From positions 21,875 through 85,874 of the forward strand of contig JAFUTV010000007.1 in NCBI GenBank assembly GCA_017484125.1: 64,000 nucleotides of DNA. Direction: 5' to 3'. The notes below the pieces were generated by a model. The model saw only the letters and a program-made list of their open reading frames with translations. It was not told the origin of the DNA and searched no databases. Origin of the DNA: Bacilli bacterium (lineage in GTDB: Bacteria; Bacillota_I; Bacilli_A; RF39; UBA660). The position numbers and the translations under genes are program-made. This document shows, piece after piece, positions 1 to 8,392 of the stretch. Position 1 is the first letter of the stretch; each line of letters opens with the position of its first letter.

Positions 1-695
1 GACATAATAGCCAATTAAAAGAAACATACTTACAATTAGAAGAAGTAAATGGGGTATATAAAACTGGATTATATGTCAAAGATAGTTTAAAAGGTCTTGG
101 AACATTAACATATATTGATCCTGAAACTAAAATATATGGATGTTTAGGCCATGAAATAGTAGAATCATCAAGTAATTCTAAAATAGAAGTTAAAACAGGT
201 AATATATTTAAAGCATTAGTCACTTCGATAACAAAAAGCAGTGATGGAAATCCAGGAACTAAAAATGCTAAGTTTTTTTCAGATAAAATATATGGAAATG
301 TATTAAAAAATGAAAATGTTGGTATATATGGAATATATTCTGGTGATTATGATGAAGATGCATTAATAGATATTGCTTATCCAAAGGAAGTTGAAAAAGG
401 TAAAGCATATATTTATACAGCTTTAGATGATAATAGAATAAAAAGCTATGAAATTAATATATTAAAAATTGAAGAAAAGAGTAAAGTTAAGAACTTTTAC
501 TTTGAAGTTATAGATGAAGATCTTTTAAATAAAACTGGTGGTATTGTTCAAGGTATGAGTGGTTCACCAATTGTTCAAAATAATAAATTAATTGGTGCAG
601 TTACTCATGTATCAATAGATAGTGTGAAAACAGGATATGGTGTAAGTATAATTAATATGCTTAAAGAAGGTGAAAAAAATAAAATACAGAATTAG
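1..695 (+). CDS. spoIVB: SpoIVB peptidase (S55), 5' truncated by window edge
   Basis: Hand translation of frame 3: LYVKD...GTLTYIDP...GCLGHEI and GGIVQGMSGSPIVQNNKLIGAVTHV; stop TAG 693-695. Absent from the ORF track because the start is outside the window. Confidence 0.9.
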   Translation, partial: HNSQLKETYLQLEEVNGVYKTGLYVKDSLKGLGTLTYIDPETKIYGCLGHEIVESSSNSKIEVKTGNIFKALVTSITKSSDGNPGTKNAKFFSDKIYGNVLKNENVGIYGIYSGDYDEDALIDIAYPKEVEKGKAYIYTALDDNRIKSYEINILKIEEKSKVKNFYFEVIDEDLLNKTGGIVQGMSGSPIVQNNKLIGAVTHVSIDSVKTGYGVSIINMLKEGEKNKIQN

Positions 696-779
696 AAATA
701 GTTCTTTTTTAATATTATACTTTAATTATTATTTAATTTATGATATATTTAATAGGAATAGTAAAAGGGTGATATAGTT

Positions 780-1442
780 ATGAATCAAAGTTATTTTACA
801 GAAATGAAAAGATGTAAAACAGATTGGTTGGATGACATTTTTTACGGAACAAAGGAATCAAAAGGTACAAGAAATGCTGTAGGTGCAATAAAATTAGTAT
901 TATTTGATGATTATGATGTTGTTCCTGATGGAGTTGACATTGGAGATAAATACGAGTTTATTTCATCAAAATTTGATGGAAGAGCAAAAGCGAAAATGCT
1001 TCAAAACATAGATTTAATTCAAATATTATGTCACTATGCTATGTGCTCTTTTGGAATAAAAGGTGAAAATTTCACTTTAAATCAATCTTCATATAATTAT
1101 TATAGAAGTCAAAAAATAACTAATCATGGATATAGTAAAGATTTTATTATTGAATTGGTAGCTTATTCTTTAATGGATAGTATTTATGGTGGCTATATGT
1201 TAGTTTCATCTAATAAATTTATTAGAGAAGACTTACTTGATGCTTTTATTGAAGAAAGATATATTGAAAAAAAAGAACATGACTTAGATACATTTGATGG
1301 AACATTAATTAATCCATTAATTGATGAAGAAAATAAATTAAAATATTATACATCGTTTAAGAATTTAGATGAAGATTTCTTTAAAATAAAAAGAAGAGAT
1401 AGTGAATATATCTCTTTTGAACAAAACTCTAACATTGATTAG
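780..1442 (+). CDS. hypothetical protein, 220 aa
   Basis: Long ORF with upstream purine-rich RBS (AAAGGGTGA); no recognisable motif. Confidence 0.7.
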   Translation: MNQSYFTEMKRCKTDWLDDIFYGTKESKGTRNAVGAIKLVLFDDYDVVPDGVDIGDKYEFISSKFDGRAKAKMLQNIDLIQILCHYAMCSFGIKGENFTLNQSSYNYYRSQKITNHGYSKDFIIELVAYSLMDSIYGGYMLVSSNKFIREDLLDAFIEERYIEKKEHDLDTFDGTLINPLIDEENKLKYYTSFKNLDEDFFKIKRRDSEYISFEQNSNID

Positions 1443-1447
1443 AGTTT

Positions 1448-1546
1448 TTATTTTGCTATTAATGGTACTATAAATGTTGCAACTACAGATAAAACCATTA
1501 CTACGATTAAAAACCATACCATTATTTTATTTCTTTTCTTTGACAT
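1448..1546 (-). CDS. small membrane protein, 32 aa (Prli42/DUF4044-like)
   Basis: Hand translation MSKKRNKIMVWFLIVVMVLSVVATFIVPLIAK; AGGAG RBS upstream; basic N-terminus plus one TM helix. Family resemblance from memory. Confidence 0.65.
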   Translation of the reverse strand: MSKKRNKIMVWFLIVVMVLSVVATFIVPLIAK

Positions 1547-1626
1547 ATTTATAATCTCCTTTAATTTCTAAAATATTTTATCATAAAAATAATAATTTAA
1601 CAATATAGTTTAATGGTGAATATAAT

Positions 1627-2214
1627 ATGATATTTAGATATTTAAAAAAAAGAAGTGTACTTTTAACTTTTTTAAGTGCAATATTTTTAATTGGTTTATT
1701 TGTCGGAATAGTATTATATTTTAAATGTAATAATGAAACTAAATCAAATATTATTAATCAAATATCTAATATAAAAGAATACTTAATAAATAATAATATA
1801 AATAATATTTTAAAGCATTTTATACTAATAATAATTATATTAATTTTGTCATTTACTATTATTGGCTATTTTGGAGCTTTTTTTTACTTATTTTATGAAG
1901 GTGTGTCTATTTCTTTTACTTTAGCATTTTTAGTCAAAATATATGGCTTTAAAGGTTTAATTTTTGGAATTTTATACAATATATTGTTTAAACTGTTATT
2001 TTTAATAATATATGTTCTTATAATTATTAAATTATTTAGTATTATTAAATGTATAATAAAAAATATTATTTATAAAAAAAGGATAAATATTAAATATATA
2101 ATTAAAAATAATATTAGTGCAATAGTTATTTTGTATATAGTTATGTTCATAAATGATATTATTATTTACTTTTTTTCTAGCATTATTTTAAAAATCATTT
2201 TAAATGTGCTATAA
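1627..2214 (+). CDS. spoIIM: stage II sporulation protein M-like membrane protein
   Basis: Multi-TM protein with YEGVSISFT / GILYNILF pattern; near spoIVB and xerD as in Bacillus; possible sigmaE-like promoter TCATAAA-N14-AATATAGT at 1581-1609. Confidence 0.65.
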   Translation: MIFRYLKKRSVLLTFLSAIFLIGLFVGIVLYFKCNNETKSNIINQISNIKEYLINNNINNILKHFILIIIILILSFTIIGYFGAFFYLFYEGVSISFTLAFLVKIYGFKGLIFGILYNILFKLLFLIIYVLIIIKLFSIIKCIIKNIIYKKRINIKYIIKNNISAIVILYIVMFINDIIIYFFSSIILKIILNVL

Positions 2215-2241
2215 TACTCTTTGAAAAAGAAGGGATTTATA

Positions 2242-3351
2242 ATGGAAACAGTAGTAGTAGGAATATCAGGTGGAGTAGATAGTGCAGTTGCTGCTTATTT
2301 ACTAAAAAAAGAAGGCTATAATGTTATAGGCCTTTTCATGCGTAATTGGGATGCTGCTTTAAATAATGATATTGAAGGAAATCCTACTTTTAAAGAGAAC
2401 ATTTGTCCTCAGGAACAAGATTATAATGATGCTGTTAAATTATGTGAAATTTTAGGTATAGAATTACATAGAGTAGATTTTATTAAGGAATATTGGGATG
2501 ATGTATTTACTTACTTTTTAGAGGAATTAAAAAAGGGAAGAACACCAAATCCAGATCTTATGTGTAACAAATATATTAAATTTGATTTATTTATTAAAGA
2601 AGCAAAAAAACTTGGTGCTAATTATGTTGCTACTGGTCATTATGCCAGAAGAGTAGGAAATAAATTACTTAGAGCTATAGATAATAATAAAGATCAATCA
2701 TACTTTTTAGCTCAAGTACCTTCTGAAAACTTTAAAAATGTATTATTTCCAATTGGAAATATAACTAAACCTGAAGTAAGAAAAATTGCTGATGATTTAA
2801 ATTTAAATGTTGCTCATAAAAAAGATTCAACTGGAATTTGTTTTATTGGTGAAAGAAATTATCAAAAATTTATTCATAATTATTTAAAACCAAATCCTGG
2901 CGATATCATAGATGTAAAAACTAACGAAGTAATTGGAAAACACAATGGTTTAATGAATTATACAATAGGTCAAAGAAGAAATGTTGGAATATCAGGCAAT
3001 TTACAAAGACATTATGTATGTGGTAAGAATGTTGAAAAAAACATTTTATACGTTGCTTTTGGTGATGATTCACAGTATTTAATGAGTGATGAGTGTATTA
3101 TATCTAATATTAATTTTATTTCTTCTATTCATCCTACTTTTGCTTTAGCTAAATTTAGATATAGGGGAGAAGACCACAGTGTAGAACTTGAATACTTAGA
3201 TAATGATAAAATTAAAGTTAAATATAAAGGTATGGCTAAAGCAGTAACTCCAGGCCAAGCATGTGTATTATATTTAGGTGAGGAATGTATTGGATCAGGA
3301 ATAATTGATGAAGTAAGAAAAAATGGGGAAAAATTATGGTATTTATGTTAA
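2242..3351 (+). CDS. mnmA: tRNA 2-thiouridine(34) synthase MnmA
   Basis: SGGVDS PP-loop, TPNPDLMCN, ATGHYA, KDQSYFL, DSTGICFIGE, TPGQ. Start moved to ATG 2242 behind AAGAAGGGA (track starts at TTG 2221). Confidence 0.97.
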   Translation: METVVVGISGGVDSAVAAYLLKKEGYNVIGLFMRNWDAALNNDIEGNPTFKENICPQEQDYNDAVKLCEILGIELHRVDFIKEYWDDVFTYFLEELKKGRTPNPDLMCNKYIKFDLFIKEAKKLGANYVATGHYARRVGNKLLRAIDNNKDQSYFLAQVPSENFKNVLFPIGNITKPEVRKIADDLNLNVAHKKDSTGICFIGERNYQKFIHNYLKPNPGDIIDVKTNEVIGKHNGLMNYTIGQRRNVGISGNLQRHYVCGKNVEKNILYVAFGDDSQYLMSDECIISNINFISSIHPTFALAKFRYRGEDHSVELEYLDNDKIKVKYKGMAKAVTPGQACVLYLGEECIGSGIIDEVRKNGEKLWYLC

Positions 3352-3359
3352 CTTTTTAG

Positions 3360-3387
3360 TTGACATGTAAAGTAAAAATGATATAAT
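3360..3387 (+). promoter_or_regulatory. sigmaA promoter for the HTH gene
   Basis: TTGACA (3360-3365), 16-nt spacer, TG-n-TATAAT (3382-3387). Confidence 0.7.
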
Positions 3388-3422
3388 AAAAAAGTATAGA
3401 TAAACGAAGGGAAGCGTATGAA

Positions 3423-4193
3423 ATGCAAGGATTAAATAGTCTTTTCCAAAATTTGGGAATATCAAAAGTAAGATTAGCAAAATATTTAGGAGTATCTAGA
3501 CAAATGGTATATAATTATCTAGAACTAGATGACATTAATAAATGGCCTAAAGAAAAGAAATTACTTTTATATAAATTATTAGATATTAATGATGCTGATG
3601 ATGTAAAAAATATTAATATTTCAACTGATTATATAATGGCTGTTGAGGGAAGATTAAATCAAGGTGTTAAAAATGCAAGTGATGTTGAAAGTTATCTTGA
3701 TTTAAAAGGTTTAGATAAAGATTCTCAAAAATTATTACCAGATATAATTGATCTTTTAAAAGATAGATTAAAAGATGAAGAGAAGGGGAAAGAAAACTTT
3801 TATGCTTTTACATATCTTTATCATATGCTTCAATCAATGGATAATGTACCTGAAATTAAATATGTATTTGGATATTTTAGTAAAACTATGGGATTTACTA
3901 ATCCTGAAGAATATGTATTTGATGAAGACAAACAATATATCTTTGAAGGAATACTTTATACTGCCCTATCATTATATAATAATGGGGGAGCTTCTCGTGC
4001 TAAATTAAAAGAGTCTCATAAGAGATGGATAAAAGAAATTGAAGTTAAAAAAGAAGAACTACAATCCCGTACACAACAACTAAATACAATTAAAGTTCAA
4101 GCTTTAGCAGAACTTGGTTATACAGAACTTAATACTTCTAATGCTGAAGAAGTATTTGAAAAGATGGCAGAAATAGAATCAAGAAAAGTATAA
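3423..4193 (+). CDS. helix-turn-helix domain protein
   Basis: N-terminal LGISKVRLAKYLGVSRQMVYNY is a typical Cro/XRE-type HTH; the rest is unassigned. Confidence 0.7.
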   Translation: MQGLNSLFQNLGISKVRLAKYLGVSRQMVYNYLELDDINKWPKEKKLLLYKLLDINDADDVKNINISTDYIMAVEGRLNQGVKNASDVESYLDLKGLDKDSQKLLPDIIDLLKDRLKDEEKGKENFYAFTYLYHMLQSMDNVPEIKYVFGYFSKTMGFTNPEEYVFDEDKQYIFEGILYTALSLYNNGGASRAKLKESHKRWIKEIEVKKEELQSRTQQLNTIKVQALAELGYTELNTSNAEEVFEKMAEIESRKV

Positions 4194-4194
4194 T

Positions 4195-4254
4195 AAAAAT
4201 TAGCAATCGAAATTTAAAAAGATGGATAATCTATCACCTCGATTGCTAATTTTA
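4195..4254. terminator. 16-bp inverted repeat, probable terminator
   Basis: AAAAATTAGCAATCGA ... TCGATTGCTAATTTTT with a 28-nt loop, directly after the HTH stop codon. Confidence 0.6.
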
Positions 4255-4465
4255 TTTTTTCTTAATTTTAATATATATATATTACTAATTTATTATTATT
4301 TGTTATAATATAAAAGATAATATATAAGTATAATATAAAATAATTTAAAAAATAATTAAATTTAGATTAACAATTAAATATAAATAATAAAGTATAATAT
4401 AACTAATATAATAATTTATTATATAAAAATATATTATTTTAAAGTAAATTTTAATAATATATAAA

Positions 4466-4493
4466 TAAGAATATAATATATATTATGTTAACC
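4466..4493 (+). other. candidate dif (Xer recombination) site
   Basis: TAAGAATATAA-TATATA-TTATGTTAACC: 11-6-11 layout. The spacer equals that of B. subtilis dif and the right arm is close to the XerD arm consensus TTATGT(T/A)AACT. It lies at the gene-orientation switch, about 970 bp from xerD. Confidence 0.55.
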
Positions 4494-4541
4494 TCTACTT
4501 TTGAAACATTATTATTTATTAATAATTGTATTACTCTACTA

Positions 4542-5264
4542 TTATAATAATAAAATAAATAATGATAATAATATACCTATTAATATCCAAAGATAATTAT
4601 TATATTTTAAAACTTCTGGTAATATTTCTTTAATACTAATTATTATCATAAGACAGCCTATGGAATATAATATTATATTTAAAATACTACTTGTAATATA
4701 TTTATTAAATAATATATATACTAATAAAGCACCAAATAGTTCAGATATTCCTGCTATTAGAGTATAAATAAAAGCTTTTTTTCTATTTTTGGTTGCATAA
4801 TATATTGGAATGCTTATACATATTCCTTCTGGGATATTATGTGCTATTATTGCTAATGTTAGTTTTAATCCTAATTTTATATTTATTTTAGAACTCATAA
4901 ATGTTACTATTCCTTCTGGAATATTATGCAAAATTAAAGTTAATGTATTTAATACCCCTACTCTATATAAAGAATTATTATTTTTAATGATTTTATTTAC
5001 TAAAAAAAATAATAAATATATAATTATTGGGATACTAATAATTATAGATAAAGAAGTATAAATATTATTAGTTATTAATATATATTTTATTGGACTCGGA
5101 ATTAACTCTTTTATACTAATTAAAATCATTACTCCCATTGCGAATGATAATGAAATACATACTAATTTATCTATATTTTTAGACTTAATATATGTAAAAA
5201 AATAGCCTAAACAAGTAGATAATCCTGCTATTAAAGTAAGCATTAATGTACCAAAAATTTCCAT
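4542..5264 (-). CDS. ZIP family metal transporter
   Basis: LHNIPEG and AHNIPEG motifs, LIAGLSTCLG, multiple TMs. Start moved to ATG 5264. Confidence 0.9.
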   Translation of the reverse strand: MEIFGTLMLTLIAGLSTCLGYFFTYIKSKNIDKLVCISLSFAMGVMILISIKELIPSPIKYILITNNIYTSLSIIISIPIIIYLLFFLVNKIIKNNNSLYRVGVLNTLTLILHNIPEGIVTFMSSKINIKLGLKLTLAIIAHNIPEGICISIPIYYATKNRKKAFIYTLIAGISELFGALLVYILFNKYITSSILNIILYSIGCLMIIISIKEILPEVLKYNNYLWILIGILLSLFILLL

Positions 5265-5333
5265 ATTATCACCATTAAATAATATGTATTTATATATTGT
5301 TTTAGTCAATAATATATATAGGAGGTAATTGAA

Positions 5334-5453
5334 ATGAATAGAAAAGAAAATTCAAGAAACTCAAGAAATAATAATAACAGCAATAGACAAAACAATAGAA
5401 AAAAAGAAAATTCTAGAAATTCTAGAAATAATCAAAAAGAAAATTGCCGTTAA
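5334..5453 (+). CDS. small Asn/Arg-rich protein, 39 aa
   Basis: Perfect AGGAGG RBS; MNRKENSRNSRNNNNSNRQNNRKKENSRNSRNNQKENCR; not in the ORF track. Confidence 0.65.
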   Translation: MNRKENSRNSRNNNNSNRQNNRKKENSRNSRNNQKENCR

Positions 5454-5461
5454 TATTATTT

Positions 5462-6331
5462 TTAGTGAGTACTACGAGGGTGTGATTCTTCGTAGTCTTT
5501 TTTTAATTTTTCATCAATTACATGAGTATATATTTCAGTAGTTGAAATATTTGAATGTCCAAGTAATTCTTGGATTACTCTAAGATCAGCACCATTAGCA
5601 AGTAAATGTGTTGCAAAGGAATGTCTTAAAACATGCGGTGATACATCTTTTTTAATTCCTGCCCTTTCACATTCTTTTTTTATTATTTTAAAAAATCCCT
5701 GTCTTGTAATAGGCTTTTTTGCATTACTTATAAATAAATAATCAGAATTAACTAATCTTAATATTTCATTTCTATAATTATTTATATATATTCTTAAATA
5801 TTTTTCAGCAACTTCATTAATTGGAACAATTCTTTCTTTACTTCCCTTTCCTATTACTCTAATAGTTGCGTTATTTAAATCAATATTAGAAAATTGTAAA
5901 TTAATTAATTCAGATATTCTAAGTCCTGTAGCATATAATGTTTCAAGCATTGCTTTATTTCTATAATCATATGCATTTTCCAATCTAATATTAAGCAAGT
6001 TATTTATTTCTTCGATTGTCAAATAATTAGGTAATTTTTTAGGTAGCTTAGGTGATTTAATATTTTCACATGGATTTTTTTTAATAACTTCATTAATTAT
6101 TAAAAAATTATAAAAAGAGTTAATAACAGTAATACGATGAGCTATACTTCTTGCATTAAGATTTGTTAAACTATTAATATATTTAACTAAATCTTTATAA
6201 GAAACATAAATAATTTTTTCATTAAAAAACAAATACAAATCCTTTAAATCTTGTTCATAGGAAATAACTGTATTGTTTGATAATTTTCTTTCATATTTTA
6301 AATAATCAATATATTTATTAATATAATCCAT
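5462..6331 (-). CDS. xerD: tyrosine recombinase XerD
   Basis: YATGLRISEL, IGKGSKERIVP, SPHVLRHSFATHLL, IQELLGHSNISTTEIYTH; ITRQGFFK is typical of XerD. Confidence 0.92.
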   Translation of the reverse strand: MDYINKYIDYLKYERKLSNNTVISYEQDLKDLYLFFNEKIIYVSYKDLVKYINSLTNLNARSIAHRITVINSFYNFLIINEVIKKNPCENIKSPKLPKKLPNYLTIEEINNLLNIRLENAYDYRNKAMLETLYATGLRISELINLQFSNIDLNNATIRVIGKGSKERIVPINEVAEKYLRIYINNYRNEILRLVNSDYLFISNAKKPITRQGFFKIIKKECERAGIKKDVSPHVLRHSFATHLLANGADLRVIQELLGHSNISTTEIYTHVIDEKLKKDYEESHPRSTH

Positions 6332-6343
6332 AATAATCTACCT

Positions 6344-7396
6344 TTAAATTATTATATCATTATTTGGTTGTTTTTTTGATAATTTTCTAACATTTACACT
6401 TGAATCTTTACTATTTTTTTTATAATATTCTTCTAATTCAATTAAATTATAACCAGTTTCTTGATTTTGCCCATTAAATTGATATTCTGCAAGTTCTAAT
6501 ACATTTGATTCTGATATATGCTTTTTCTCATAGTTAAGTGCTAAATTTAACATACTTTCTTTAGTTATAGTATCACCGATTCTAATATAAACATGGCTTA
6601 TATCTACATATATTTCATTTCTATCTAAAGATATCTCTATTCCAGTAGTAATATCATAATATCTAATTACTTCATTTCCATTAATTATCTCTTTTTTTCT
6701 ATATATTAATCCTTTTTTATGTGCACTATATAATTTATATATTATTTTATTATTATCGTCTTCGCTAACTTCTTTAATGGGAATATCTATATTATATTTT
6801 CCTGCTAATATATCCTTTGTTAAAATACATCCGTTTATTTTTTCTAATAAATCATCCATTTTTTCAACTCCTTTATTATTATCTTTGAAAATGTTCTCTA
6901 AAGATTGATACATTTTTAAAAATACTAAATAAAAATATCTATATCTTTTACTAGATTTATTTATTTTTATATAATATTCAATGAACTTGTGATAACCTTT
7001 AGTAAATACTACTTTATAATCATTATTTTCTTTATATATTTTTAAACTTGATACTTTTTCATAACTGCCATCATCACTATGATAATCAATTATACCATTA
7101 TTAAAAAGCGGTGTTTTGCTATATTTATCAATTTTTTTTATATAACCATTTTTTTCATCATTTAAAAAAATATTACAATCTTTAATATCTTTATATAATT
7201 TATCAATTAGATCATATATTAATTCATATTCTCTTGTTATTGTAAATATTTTTTCATAAGAATTTTTATTAGGATTAAAACTAGAAAACCAATAAATATT
7301 TTCATCATTAGAATAATGTATTGAAAATGTATCATTTAATATTTTAACTACAAATGTAACACCTGATTCAGTATTAATTTTAGTTATATATTTCAT
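6344..7396 (-). CDS. hypothetical protein, 350 aa; possibly two fused genes
   Basis: Single ORF with an internal in-frame RBS (AAAGGAG) and ATG at 6859. Confidence 0.65.
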   Translation of the reverse strand: MKYITKINTESGVTFVVKILNDTFSIHYSNDENIYWFSSFNPNKNSYEKIFTITREYELIYDLIDKLYKDIKDCNIFLNDEKNGYIKKIDKYSKTPLFNNGIIDYHSDDGSYEKVSSLKIYKENNDYKVVFTKGYHKFIEYYIKINKSSKRYRYFYLVFLKMYQSLENIFKDNNKGVEKMDDLLEKINGCILTKDILAGKYNIDIPIKEVSEDDNNKIIYKLYSAHKKGLIYRKKEIINGNEVIRYYDITTGIEISLDRNEIYVDISHVYIRIGDTITKESMLNLALNYEKKHISESNVLELAEYQFNGQNQETGYNLIELEEYYKKNSKDSSVNVRKLSKKQPNNDIII

Positions 7397-7407
7397 AAAT
7401 ATCCTTT

Positions 7408-8307
7408 CTATTTTTTAAATCTTTTGGAAATTTTTCTTGCTGCATAAACGCTAGAGCGAACAACACCATTAGTTTTTAATCCTTTAATTGTTTGGTGAAT
7501 ACTTTCACTCTTATTAATATTTATGAAATAATCTCTTATTATGTTCTTTAATTCTTCATCGTTGCTATAAGAATTCATCTTGATATATTCTTTTAAATAA
7601 ACTGGCCAAGAATATATATATGATTTAATTATTTCTTTATTTATAATATAATTACCATCTAATTCTTCTTGTAAATATGGCTTTTTAAAATCATATATTT
7701 TTAAATATTCATCATAAGATCCATCTACAATATTTTCTATTTTACGTGGATTTTCTGCAAAAGCCATTCTTGTATCACCTAAATATGATAATCCTACTAA
7801 TGTTTTAAGCAAATCCTTTTTTGATGCAATAGTACCATCTTGTAAAAATGATGCAACCATTAGTGCAGCACATCTATTTCTTCTTATAAAAGATGAAATA
7901 ATAGAATTTTCAATAATTGGATATGTCGTTTTTTGAAATCTTCCTGGCATATAAAAACTTTGCCATGTTGTTAGATATTTAATTAAATCGTTTTCTTCAA
8001 TTGTTCCAAATTTATATAAATTACCATTTTCAGATATATCACTTTGATAAGTAACACCAGTTACTCTCTTTAGCTGTTCTTCATTTGCATTATTAAAAAA
8101 ATACTTTCCAATATATGAGTAATCATTTGGATTTTTTTCTATATTTGCCAAGTGCCATTTTTTTAGATCATCTACAACAAATATTAAGTCTATTTGTTTT
8201 TGTTCATTTTGATTATAACCACTTTGTTTAAAAACACCTGAACCATATCCATATGCTGCTATTACTTCTGGACGATTTTCAACAAATTCTTTTATATTTT
8301 CATGCAC
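7408..8307 (-). CDS. Tam41/Mmp37-type phosphatidate cytidylyltransferase (CDP-DAG synthase)
   Basis: AYGYGSGVFKQ, IDLIFVVDD..WH..N...NP..YS, YKFGTI, W..FYMPGRFQK, LSYLGDTRMAFAENPRKIENIV match the Tam41 signature. Confidence 0.88.
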   Translation of the reverse strand: MHENIKEFVENRPEVIAAYGYGSGVFKQSGYNQNEQKQIDLIFVVDDLKKWHLANIEKNPNDYSYIGKYFFNNANEEQLKRVTGVTYQSDISENGNLYKFGTIEENDLIKYLTTWQSFYMPGRFQKTTYPIIENSIISSFIRRNRCAALMVASFLQDGTIASKKDLLKTLVGLSYLGDTRMAFAENPRKIENIVDGSYDEYLKIYDFKKPYLQEELDGNYIINKEIIKSYIYSWPVYLKEYIKMNSYSNDEELKNIIRDYFININKSESIHQTIKGLKTNGVVRSSVYAARKISKRFKK

Positions 8308-8392
8308 TATTATTCCTCTTTTCTTTATTACGCATCGCTAAATAGTATATCACAAAAATTAAAAATATGATAGAATAAATTAGGTGATATAT

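Noticed and set aside
3775-4008. 77-aa + ORF inside the HTH gene
   Set aside because: Alternative frame nested in a well-supported CDS; no RBS or motif.
4810-5061. 83-aa + ORF
   Set aside because: Antisense shadow of the ZIP transporter.
5462-6331. xerD as a prophage integrase
   Set aside because: Length and motifs are those of housekeeping XerD, and there are no phage genes next to it.
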